Positions 25,655-36,125 of a DNA stretch of 36,125 bases are shown in pieces. How positions within the stretch are numbered: the first letter of the stretch is position 1; the number at the start of each line of letters is the position of its first letter. The stretch covers positions 31,671,451-31,707,575 of the forward strand of contig JBOZIK010000001.1 of the NCBI GenBank assembly GCA_051453625.1, given 5' to 3'. A program made the position numbers and the translations under genes. This DNA comes from Welwitschia mirabilis (Eukaryota). The notes under the pieces were generated by a model. That model had not been told where the DNA came from and searched no databases. It saw only the letters and a list, made by a program, of their open reading frames with translations.

Positions 25655-27686
25655 ACTTTAACCAGAAGCAGACATGTATTTACAAATGATAAAGGGGAAT
25701 TATATTAATAGGTAAAAATAGGTTGTGGAAGGACCTGCATAAAAAATAAGAAAAGTAAAAAAAAAACATTAAAATAAAAGGAAACAGAAAAGTAAAAATA
25801 TCAAAGAAAGAGGTAAGTAAAAGAATAAATAAAAGAATTACCAATTTAACTATGGAGGCACATGATAAAAGAAGTAAGAAATGAGGGGACCATGAAGATA
25901 TTTGTAGTGTTGGACCAGGGTTTAACCTAACCCTAAAATAATAGTTAACTATAGTTAATTAAACCTTAGTTAAATACAAATANNNNNNNNNNNNNNNNNN
26001 NNNNNNNNNNNNNNNNNNNNNNNNNNNNNNNNNNNNNNNNNNNNNNNNNNNNNNNNNNNNNNNNNNNNNNNNNNNNNNNNNNAACCAAAACGATCTAAGA
26101 GATTAGAGGAGAAGATCTAAGATAATCCTTTCTCTAAAGTGTGTTGTTGTATTTCCAACTCTATAGAGTTGACATTAATAGAATGTCAAGAAATTGCAAG
26201 GTAAAGTTTGGAAGCCATACTTTAACCAGAAGCAGACATGCATTTACAAATGATGGAGGGGAATTATATTAATAGGTAAAAATAGGTTGTGAAAGGACCT
26301 ACATAAAAAATAAGAAAAGGAAAAAAAAACATTAAAATAAAAGGAAACGGAAAAATAAAAATATCAAAGAAAGAGGTAAGTAAAAGAATAAATAAAAGAA
26401 TTGCCAATTTAACTATGGAGGCACATGATAAAAGAAGTAAGAAATGAGGGGACCATGAAGATATTTGTAGTTCTAGACCAGGGTTTAACCTAACCCTAAA
26501 ATAATAGTTAACTATAGTTAACTAAACCTTAGTTAAATACAAATAACTAACTCCGATTAACTATAAAAAAATCAAGACCGTGAACTTTGTGAACTGAAGG
26601 CCGATGTTGCACTTCCATATGGCTAACATTACACTTCAAAGATCAATGTCATACTTACCCTCCATAGGCGTAGATTTGTCATTTTTCGAAATAAATCACC
26701 TTTTCTACCTACTTGTCTAAGGAATCTCGATGTAGCATTTGGATGGCTGAGGTCGCACTTNNNNNNNNNNNNNNNNNNNNNNNNNNNNNNNNNNNNNNNN
26801 NNNNNNNNNNNNNNNNNNNNNNNNNNNNNNNNNNNNNNNNNNNNNNNNNNNNNNNNNNNNNNNNNNNNNNNNNNNNNNNNNNNNNNNNNNNNNNNNNNNN
26901 NNNNNNNNNNNNNNNNNNNNNNNNNNNNNNNNNNNNNNNNNNNNNNNNNNNNNNNNNNNNNNNNNNNNNNNNNNNNNNNNNNNNNNNNNNNNNNNNNNNN
27001 NNNNNNNNNNNNNNNNNNNNNNNNNNNNNNNNNNNNNNNNNNNNNNNNNNNNNNNNNNNNNNNNNNNNNNNNNNNNNNNNNNNNNNNNNNNNNNNNNNNN
27101 NNNNNNNNNNNNNNNNNNNNNNNNNNNNNNNNNNNNNNNNNNNNNNNNNNNNNNNNNNNNNNNNNNNNNNNNNNNNCATTTGTAGTTGGCCACATTAGCA
27201 AGTTTATTATGATAACTACTAGAAACTATTTTCTCTAATCATTTTCTTAACTACCAGGTGGTTGTAAGTCCCCAGCTATCATCTATAATACTATAAAAAG
27301 ATAGCACCATTAGAGGAAAGTATAAGAAGAGTAAGAGAACACTTGTAGAATAAGGTAGAGGCATATGAGTTCAAGAGGACGTCAAACCCACTGGTGTATC
27401 ATGGAACATAGGGTTAATGAGTGAATCAATGCACTAGAAGATTACATTGATAGTATCCACTTATAAAATGCATAGAAAACTAATAGAATTGATATCCTTA
27501 TTTCTCTCTTAAAGAAAGACCTATAGAACATAATCTAAGGACATCTCAAGAACCATCATCTACATTAGGAGAACATACTTCTATAGTCGATATTAACCTT
27601 TAAAACATTCAAATCATGTTATTAAACATGGAGGCCAATCTTTAATCTCTTCTGACAAATAGAACCAATTATTCTAACATTAAACA

Positions 27687-30600
27687 ATGGGAAAAAGAAT
27701 AAATTGTAAAAGATGATACATTTAAAAACCTATAAAGGTAAGGCTAAAATAAGTGAAGAAGCTATATCATGGACCCCATAATTGAAAAACTATTTTAAAC
27801 TTCAAAATATACATCCAAAAAGATATTATGTATATGTTGCTACATTTCTTAAAGGAAAGACACAAGAATAGTGGTTTAGGTATCAATAAAAATACCTACA
27901 CAGGATAGCATGGGATACTTTTATTAAAGAGTTTAAAATGAAGTTCATTCCAGAAGATTTTATTGTAGGTCAAATGGTGGAATTTTAATGCCTATGCCTA
28001 TTAGATGAATATTATTTAGAATTTTAACACCTTATAAAGTACTAAAAGAATTTTTCAGAAAAGAAGCTAATTAATAGTTTTATTGGAACTTTGCCACCCA
28101 CACTTCAAAGTCTTNNNNNNNNNNNNNNNNNNNNNNNNNNNNNNNNNNNNNNNNNNNNNNNNNNNNNNNNNNNNNNNNNNNNNNNNNNNNNNNNNNNNNN
28201 NNNNNNNNNNNNNNNNNNNNNNNNNNNNNNNNNNNNNNNNNNNNNNNNNNNNNNNNNNNNNNNNNNNNNNNNNNNNNNNNNNNNNNNNNNNNNNNNNNNN
28301 NNNNNNNNNNNNNNNNNNNNNNNNNNNNNNNNNNNNNNNNNNNNNNNNNNNNNNNNNNNNNNNNNNNNNNNNNNNNNNNNNNNNNNNNNNNNNNNNNNNN
28401 NNNNNNNNNNNNNNNNNNNNNNNNNNNNNNNNNNNNNNNNNNNNNNNNNNNNNNNNNNNNNNNNNNNNNNNNNNNNNNNNNNNNNNNNNNNNNNNNNNNN
28501 NNNNNNNNNNNNNNNNNNNTTCATCATCTTTATTTTACAAATTAAATATCATTCTTTTCAAAGAATAAGTCTACCATAAGAGTTGTAGAGGGTAATGTTC
28601 TGACACAAGATGGGACTACTACTCTTATTACTTTTACCATTTATAACTTATAGTTTAGGGATAAGTTTTATGTCTTTCAAATTTGAGAATACCATGATAT
28701 TCTAAGAATCCCTTTCTTAGTTAAATTTAATGTTTAAATTAACTTTCACCAAAGAACCCTATAGCTATCTCATTAATTTAAAGAACAAATTTTTATAAGG
28801 GAGGGAAAGAGTAAGGAAATATTTTTAACCTCATCCAAATAAACAACAAAAGCTATAAAAAAAGAAATAGGAGTTTATTACTTTAGTACAGGTAGAAGAT
28901 CATAAAGAAGATCCTTTTATACTAGAAGAACTAAAGGAACTTTCAAATGTATTTAAGGATTAAAAAGTACTACCATCCCAGATAAAATTATAACATGTCA
29001 TAGATTTAATCTCTAAAGTGCAGTCAATAGCCAGAGCACCTTACTGTTTCTCAGTAGTAGAACTAAGAAAACTGAAGTTATAGATCAAACAACTATTATT
29101 GAAAGGAAAGATTCACGTAATGTATTATCATGGAGGGAACCAATGTTATTTATTAAGAAAAATGATGGTACCTTGTGGCTCTGCATTGACTATAGATAAC
29201 TTAATAAAGTAATCATTAAGAACATATACTCACTACCATAGATGGATGACCAATTGGATCAACTGCAAAAAGCCAAGTACTTCTTAAATACCAATTAAAA
29301 ATTTGACTATCATCAAATCTGCATCAAGGATGAATACATCTACAAGGTTGCTTTTAAAATAAGATATAGATATTATGAATTTACAATAATACCTTTTGGT
29401 TTGAAAAAAGCATCAATCAATTTTATGAGTTTAATGAATGATTTTTTTTAACTATACTTGGATAAATTTATGGATTTTTTTTAACTATACTTGGATAAAT
29501 TTATGGTTTTAATTTTAGATGATATTCTAATATGTTCTAAAAAACAGGATGAACATGTCACAGATTTGAAGAAAGTTCTATAGGCTCTTTTGAAGCATAA
29601 ATTCAAAACAAAATTAAGCAAATGGAAGTTATTCTAGATAAAAATTAGTTATCTTGGATATATCATCTCTAATAAAGGAATTACACTAGACTCAGCTGAA
29701 GTACAAGTCATAAGGAAATGGCTAGAATTAAAAGATACCACTCAAGTATGAAGTTTCTTAGGATTGGATAGCTTTTATTAAAAATTTATTCTAGGATTTT
29801 TTCAACTTGTAGCACCATTAATAGGCTTGACTAAAGTAATAAATACTTTCCACTTTAATGACAAATGAAAGGAGGAATTTCTTAGATTAAAGTTATTACT
29901 TATAATAGCATTGATCCTCAAAATTATATATGTAAACAAACCATTTATAGTTATCAAAATGCTTCTACTCAAGGAATAGGAGTCATACTCAGCCAAGATG
30001 ATCAAGTAATTGCATATGAATCATGAAAACTGAATGAGCATAAGAAGAACTATTCCATACATGACTTGAAACTATTATACATAGTGTATGCCTTGAAAGT
30101 TCAGAGGCATTATCTTCTAGCAAGAAAATTCCTCCTCAAAATAAATCATAAAATCTTAGAGTATTTTTAAAAAAAATCACTTTTAAATATGTGATAAGAG
30201 GAAATGGAGTGAGTTACATATATAATATGACTTCAAGTTGTAGTACACCACTAGAAAAGAGAATAAAGTAGCAAATACTTTGAGTAATATGTGGTGTATC
30301 TTAGCTATCATTGTCACATTCAACTTATTCATCTTTATCAAAAATTCTTTGGTTGATGACCCATACTTCAAGGTTATATACTAATAGGTTCAAGAAGAAA
30401 AGGAATTAGATAAGTACATGATCTCATAGGATGAATTTCTCTTGAAAAGAAGATGATTTTGAATTTCATAAGGCCCATGAAAAAGGAAGCTAATGTTTGA
30501 ACTAAATGAAGATTCTCATGAAGGACATCCAAGATTTATTAAAAATTACTACCAATTGTGGAAATACTACTTTTAATCTATAATGAAGGCAAATTTAGGA

Positions 30601-31880
30601 ATATATCTACAATTGTCCCTTATGCTAATAAATGAAAATCAACTAAGGAAAATCCACTAAACTCCTTCAGCCATTAGGAATACCACAATGGAAATGAAAA
30701 GAAATATCTATGAATTTCATCACTAGGTTACCCCTCACTAATAAATAGCATGATGCAATCTTTATTTATATAGATAGGTTAACCAANNNNNNNNNNNNNN
30801 NNNNNNNNNNNNNNNNNNNNNNNNNNNNNNNNNNNNNNNNNNNNNNNNNNNNNNTAGTATTTAGATTACATGATACACCTTAGGTCATGGTATCCGATCA
30901 AAATCCAAGGTTCTTATCTGAATTTTGATAAAGCCTCTTTCACCACTTAGGTACCAAGCTCATTTTTAGTACTACATATCACCTAGAAATAGATGGTCAA
31001 ACAGAAAGGATAAATCATATATTGGAAGACAATCTAAGGTGCTATGTAGCAGAAAGTCCTAAACAATGGAAGAACTACTTACATTTGGTAGAATTTGCTT
31101 ACAACTAGAAATTTTCTAAACTTCCATTAGCTATTCATCATCTAAAGCAATGTATGGAAGAATCTATTTTACACCTATTACATGGTCNNNNNNNNNNNNN
31201 NNNNNNNNNNNNNNNNNNNNNNNNNNNNNNNNNNNNNNNNNNNNNNNNNNNNNNNNNNNNNNNNNNNNNNNNNNNNNNNNNNNNNNNTGGAAGAATCTAT
31301 TTTACACCTATTACATGGTCAGATCCTTTATAAAGATCAAGAAAGACAACACCTTCATAATTAAAGATGATGAAAGAAGTAATCAATAAAATAAAAAGAT
31401 AGCTATAGGTAGTACAAGATCGATATAAGAAGTATTATGCTCAGAAGCATTAGACCTACATATTCCAGATAGGCAAACAAGTGCTATTAAAAATTAAGTA
31501 GAAAAAAAAACCTTGAAATTGGGAAAGTATAAAAAACTAGTACTATGATTCTACGGTCCCTTTAAGATTAGTGAAAATTTTGGGGATCTAGCATACAAAC
31601 TAAAGCTTCCTTTCCAAATGTCTTGAATACATCCAGTTTTTTGTGTGAGCGCTATGAAACATATCATAAAGATAGAAACCAAGACTACACCTCGAACCAG
31701 TAACATATCATGCTCAAACCCAATTTTACTTTTGTGGTTCAACTAGAAAAAGCCTTAAGTACTGAATCTAGGAAACTAAGAAATAAAATTATAAATGAAG
31801 TACTTATTCAATGGACCCATTGTAATAAGCAAATATGGGAAAATAGGGAGTACATGTAGGAGACCTTTCTTAAACTTTTT
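27687..31880 (+). pseudogene. gag-pol: Degenerate Ty3/gypsy gag-pol with C-terminal chromodomain
   Basis: Gag (FLKGKTQE*W, IAWDTFIKEFKMKFIPE). RT ([51 protein letters not shown] ~29512-29542). RNase H (NYSIHDLKLLYIVYALK). Integrase (WK*KEISMNFITRLP, STTYHLEIDGQTERINHILED, FYGPFKI). Chromodomain (RKLRNKIINEVLIQWTHCNKQIWENREYM*ETFLKLF, 31740-31880). Confidence 0.93.
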
Positions 31881-32055
31881 AATAAAGCCCGATATACCAT
31901 TTTTGTATTGTATTATTAATGTACCTATTAATTAAATGATATCTTCTCTTTTCTGCTATGTCTTGTAGATCATACAAAAAATAATTCAAAGGAGCATGAC
32001 TTCAAAAATAATGCAAATCAAGGAGAGACCATACTTAAGGATGAGCATGATTCCT

Positions 32056-32068
32056 AAGAGGAAGGAAA
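32056..32068 (+). promoter_or_regulatory. Polypurine tract
   Basis: AAGAGGAAGGAAA directly before the 3' LTR. Confidence 0.85.
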
Positions 32069-32485
32069 CGTAATATTCTAAAATCATTAATTGAATAATG
32101 ATATGTGTTAAGTGCTAATTAACTATGATTAAGAAGAGATGTGAATGGATGTGATTCAAATATGTAAAAATGTATCCCTTTATTATGTAACATAAGCTCA
32201 TGCCATTAGGTAGAGCTGAATAGAATGGGTGGATATAACCAATAACAACCTTGGCTAATTCCCAAGGATCCCAGGAGGGAAACTAAGGTCGTAGTTCTTT
32301 TTTTTTTACCTATAACCATTAGTTCAAGGTTATTTTCTAAGAACGTAGAATGTAATCTGCTACTATCAATAATAAAAATCTTATTCTCTCTAAATTGTTC
32401 CTTGTTATTCCTATGAATCCTGACATATTATTTTAAATGTGCTTTTTATGCAAGTAATCTGGAAATAGTAAAATCAGACATTATA
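32069..32485 (+). repeat. Chromovirus 3' LTR (417 bp)
   Basis: CGTAAT...CATTATA; collinear with 22151-22556. Confidence 0.9.
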
Positions 32486-32925
32486 GTTTTCTATTTTTTG
32501 TTTTCTCTATTTTTTTTCTGTTTTCTCTATTTTTTGTTTTCTTTGTTTTCTATTTCCTTTGTTTTCTATTTTCTAATTTTTTTCTATTTTTTATTTTTTT
32601 CATTTTCTGTTTTCTATTTTTGTTTTCTATTTTTTCTATTTTCTTTTTTCGCCTATTTTCTTTGTTTTCTATTTTCTATTTTTGTTTTTTTAACATTTTG
32701 TTTTGTTTGTTTTCTCTCTTTTCTATTTTTTGTTTTCTTCATTTTTTATTTCTTGTTTTCTCTATTTTCTATTTTTATGTTTTTTGTTTTCTCTATTTTC
32801 TTTTTTTTGTTTTCTATTTTTTCTATTTTCTATTTTTTTTGTTTTCTATGTTTTCTATTTTTTTTGTTTTCTCTATTTTCTTTATTTTTGTTCTCTCTAT
32901 TTTTTGTTTCTTGTTTTTATTTTCT
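32486..32925 (+). repeat. Low-complexity TTTTCTA/TTTTTG degenerate tandem array in the Athila-like leader, continuing from 22110-22150
   Basis: The same motif lies on both sides of the chromovirus insertion. It generates spurious Phe-rich ORFs. Confidence 0.85.
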
Positions 32926-35900
32926 TATCATCCCAAATATCATTCGGATGATGACTGAGATGACAAATAGGCAAATATTTTACTAAGCATGCAAGGATTA
33001 GAAAAAAAGGTTTTTTAAAAAGTAGAAACATCTAAGGGAATGAATCCTACTCAAAAAATATTAGAAAAGGCTTGCTTGATGAGGGAAATAAAGGGTATGC
33101 ACATCCCAAGTACATAATTTTTAAGATTTAAAGAAATTTTATTCTACTTTTATGATTCTTAAACCAAATCTTTTAAATAGGAGTAGTGAAAATAATCGGA
33201 TAAGAGAAAAAATCATTTTATTATTTTCTTTTTAACGAGTAGCATCGCTTAATACAAACATGATAAATCCTCTAATTCAAATGCAAACATTACCAAAAAA
33301 TAGATAATTANNNNNNNNNNNNNNNNNNNNNNNNNNNNNNNNNNNNNNNNNNNNNNNNNNNNNNNNNNNNNNNNNNNNNNNNNNNNNNNNNNNNNNNNNN
33401 NNNNNNNNNNAAATCTTTCAAATAGGAGTAGTGAAAATAATTGGATAAGAGAAAAAATCATTTTATTCTTTTCTTTTTAACGAGTAGCATCGCTTAATAC
33501 AAACATGATAGATCCTCTAATTCAAATGCAAACATTACCATAAAATAGATAATTATTAGAATAAGATATAAAAGATAAAAATATTATAACTTATTTTCTA
33601 ATGATGATCTAGGAGTTAAAAACATGAATTTTTCTTGCTCATCCTTCCCATACACTATTAAGAATAATGATAAAAGACTACTTCAATAAATATTAGCTAA
33701 AATTAGAGCTAAAGAAAGAAGGAGAACATATCGAAATTTTGAGAGTAATGGAAATAAAGCAATTAAAGAAATATTTCAAGAACAATTCTGGGAAACTTCG
33801 AATGATGTAGAGATTAAAAATTCTTCCCATTTTCAAACTTCAAATAAAAATGATAGTGATGAATTGCAACATTTTGGGAGTTCCACATTATCTATCAAAA
33901 CATCATATAATCATTTTAGTGAATCCCAAGAAATCTCCCATGAGTTATTATGAATAACAATCATCTCACATCCATTATTATGAAACACAAGATCCATCTA
34001 CCACAAGTTACTACAAAGAAAGAAATAATTCTATAATAAAAATGCTTAAGGAAATGAAAATAAGACAAGATAACACTAATAAGAACTTAGAAAATTTGTC
34101 TGAAATGTTTTTACAAAATTAATTGCAATCTCAAGGTTCTTTCTTTAACATAGAAAATGAAAGTATGGATTAAACTACAACATCAAACTTATTAAGAGAT
34201 GAACAACAAAAGAAAAATAGTAATGATTCAACTCCATTCTTTAACAACAAGGATGAAGATGATTATTTCTTAGATGATGACATTGAAATGTTAAATCATA
34301 TCCTTTGTTTTCAATTACTTTCTAATGAGGATAAAGGATTTCAACCTCTAAAATAAGTTTAACATATGAGATTAAAGGAGAATTTAAGTAATGAAAAAAA
34401 TTGATGAAGAATTTACATTATGAGGGAAGTTGTCCACTCCTATTGTTCTAATGATAGTATATGATGATAGTTAAATAAGGATTACAGTTTAGAATTAACA
34501 AAATTATTCAATAGAGAGGAAGAAGAGTCAACTCATGAAATATCAGAAAATCTTCCATCACACAATGAAAACATTTTTTTTAATAATTTTTTAATGATCT
34601 TTTTAATGAATCCACCTACTTAGAAAATGAAAATTATTCTTAACAAAATAATAATGAGTTTATTAAATAAGAGGGAGGTATTACTAGAGAACATAAAAAG
34701 AGCATTCAACCAAGTAATGATGAAGTCAACAATGAGGAGGAGATGAATAANNNNNNNNNNNNNNNNNNNNNNNNNNNNNNNNNNNNNNNNNNNNNNNNNN
34801 NNNNNNNNNNNNNNNNNNNNNNNNNNNNNNNNNNNNNNNNNNNNNNNNNNNNNNNNNNNNNNNNNNNNNNNNNNNNNNNNNNNNNNNNNNNNNNNNNNNN
34901 NNNNNNNNNNNNNNNNNNNNNNNNNNNNNNNNNNNNNNNNNNNNNNNNNNNNNNNNNNNNNNNNNNNNNNNNNNNNNNNNNNNNNNNNNNNNNNNNNNNN
35001 NNNNNNNNNNNNNNNNNNNNNNNNNNNNNNNNNNNNNNNNNNNNNNNNNNNNNNNNNNNNNNNNNNNNNNNNNNNNNNNNNNNNNNNNNNNNNNNNNNNN
35101 NNNNNNNNNNNNNNNNNNNNNNNNNNNNNNNNNNNNNNNNNNNNNNNNNNNNNNNNNNNNNNNNNNNNNNNNNNNNNNNNNNNNNNNNNNNNNNNNNNNN
35201 NNNNNNNNNNNNNNNNNNNNNNNNNNNNNNNNNNNNNNNNNNNNNNNNNNNNNNNNNNNNNNNNNNNNNNNNNNNNNNNNNNNNNNNNNNNNNNNNNNNN
35301 NNNNNNNNNNNNNNNNNNNNNNNNNNNNNNNNNNNNNNNNNNNNNNNNNNNNNNNNNNNNNNNNNNNNNNNNNNNNNNNNNNNNNNNNNNNNNNNNNNNN
35401 NNNNNNNNNNNNNNNNNNNNNNNNNNNNNNNNNNNNNNNNNNNNNNNNNNNNNNNNNNNNNNNNNNNNNNNNNNNNNNNNNNNNNNNNNNNNNNNNNNNN
35501 NNNNNNNNNNNNNNNNNNNNNNNNNNNNNNNNNNNNNNNNNNNNNNNNNNNNNNNNNNNNNNNNNNNNNNNNNNNNNNNNNNNNNNNNNNNNNNNNNNNN
35601 NNNNNNNNNNNNNNNNNNNNNNNNNNNNNNNNCTTTGAATGAAATAAGCTAACTTAAAGAGTTTACTTATGCTTCTCCATTACTTTCACTTGTACCTTCA
35701 TGCTTCCACATTATCTTGTGATCTTGATAATGATAACCTTTTTCCCTCTCTCCGATTTGAAATTTCAAGAAATTCTTCAAATCACATCTCTCTTCATGAA
35801 TTTAATGAAACACATCATCTTGAGAAATATACTCCAAAAATCTCTCAATCTTTTCTTTCTAAAAATTCATGTGCTANNNAAAGTAACATCTTTTCTCTTT

Positions 35901-36125
35901 TATAAAGTCAACTCTACCTTGTATTTTTAATGATTATTCTTTTCAAAAACAAGAACTGGGATATCTTGAAACTCTAAATTGGGATAAATCTTATCTTCTT
36001 GATCCAAATCCATGCTTCAAAGTAAATGTTTAGGAGCTTTTTAAGTATGTTAAAACTATCTTAATCACTCACTCTAAGAAGTTTCTTTCAAAGCCGTGGC
36101 TTCTAAATAATCCCATTATTGTCTC
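32926..36125 (+). mobile_element. Continuation of the Athila-like internal region, with a decayed N/E/D-rich coding-like stretch (~33690-34750)
   Basis: Follows the leader repeat. Stop-poor acidic segments such as SIIKMLKEMKIRQDNTNKNLENLSEMF and NNKDEDDYFLDDDIEML. FKVNV*ELFKY at ~36016 weakly resembles the Athila integrase C-terminal FKVNGQRLK.Y. Confidence 0.5.

Larger units (their letters stand above)
22151..32485 (+). mobile_element. Full-length degenerate chromovirus (Ty3/gypsy, Tekay/Del-like) LTR retrotransposon with an extra 5' region
   Basis: Paired LTRs, Met PBS, PPT, TSD ATTTT (22146-22150) / GTTTT (32486-32490), and gag-PR-RT-RH-INT-chromodomain order. Confidence 0.92.

Noticed and set aside
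32498-32986. Three overlapping Phe-rich ORFs resembling membrane proteins
   Set aside because: Artefact of the T-rich TTTTCTA repeat, which lacks stops in all three frames.
4400-35642. Long ORFs made mostly of X
   Set aside because: They span N-gaps and carry no coding evidence.

Overview
AT-rich, CpG-depleted, gap-rich land-plant intergenic DNA made almost entirely of old, nested and degenerate retroelements. No intact host gene, RNA gene or CRISPR array was seen. From left to right: (1) the end of an Athila-like LTR; (2) a decayed Ty1/copia element (+), with a solo Athila-like LTR and 5-bp TSD inside its RNase H; (3) three diverged tandem copies of a block containing an internally deleted L1 LINE ORF2, two of them preceded by the copia 3' end and one carrying a tRNA-like SINE; (4) a possible MULE remnant; (5) a second copia (-), interrupted by an Athila-like element (LTR plus tRNA-Asp-type PBS); (6) inside that element's TTTTCTA-rich leader, a full-length ~10.3 kb Tekay-like chromovirus with two ~410-bp LTRs, Met PBS, PPT, TSD and gag-pol-chromodomain. 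The most interesting observation is that the chromovirus carries ~5 kb of extra sequence between PBS and gag. This holds a long antisense, apparently spliced accessory gene (~650-700 aa; PMD/Transposase_32-like N-terminus, Ser-rich linker, coiled-coil-like C-terminus) facing away from gag-pol across a possible bidirectional promoter. All translations and identities were done by eye.
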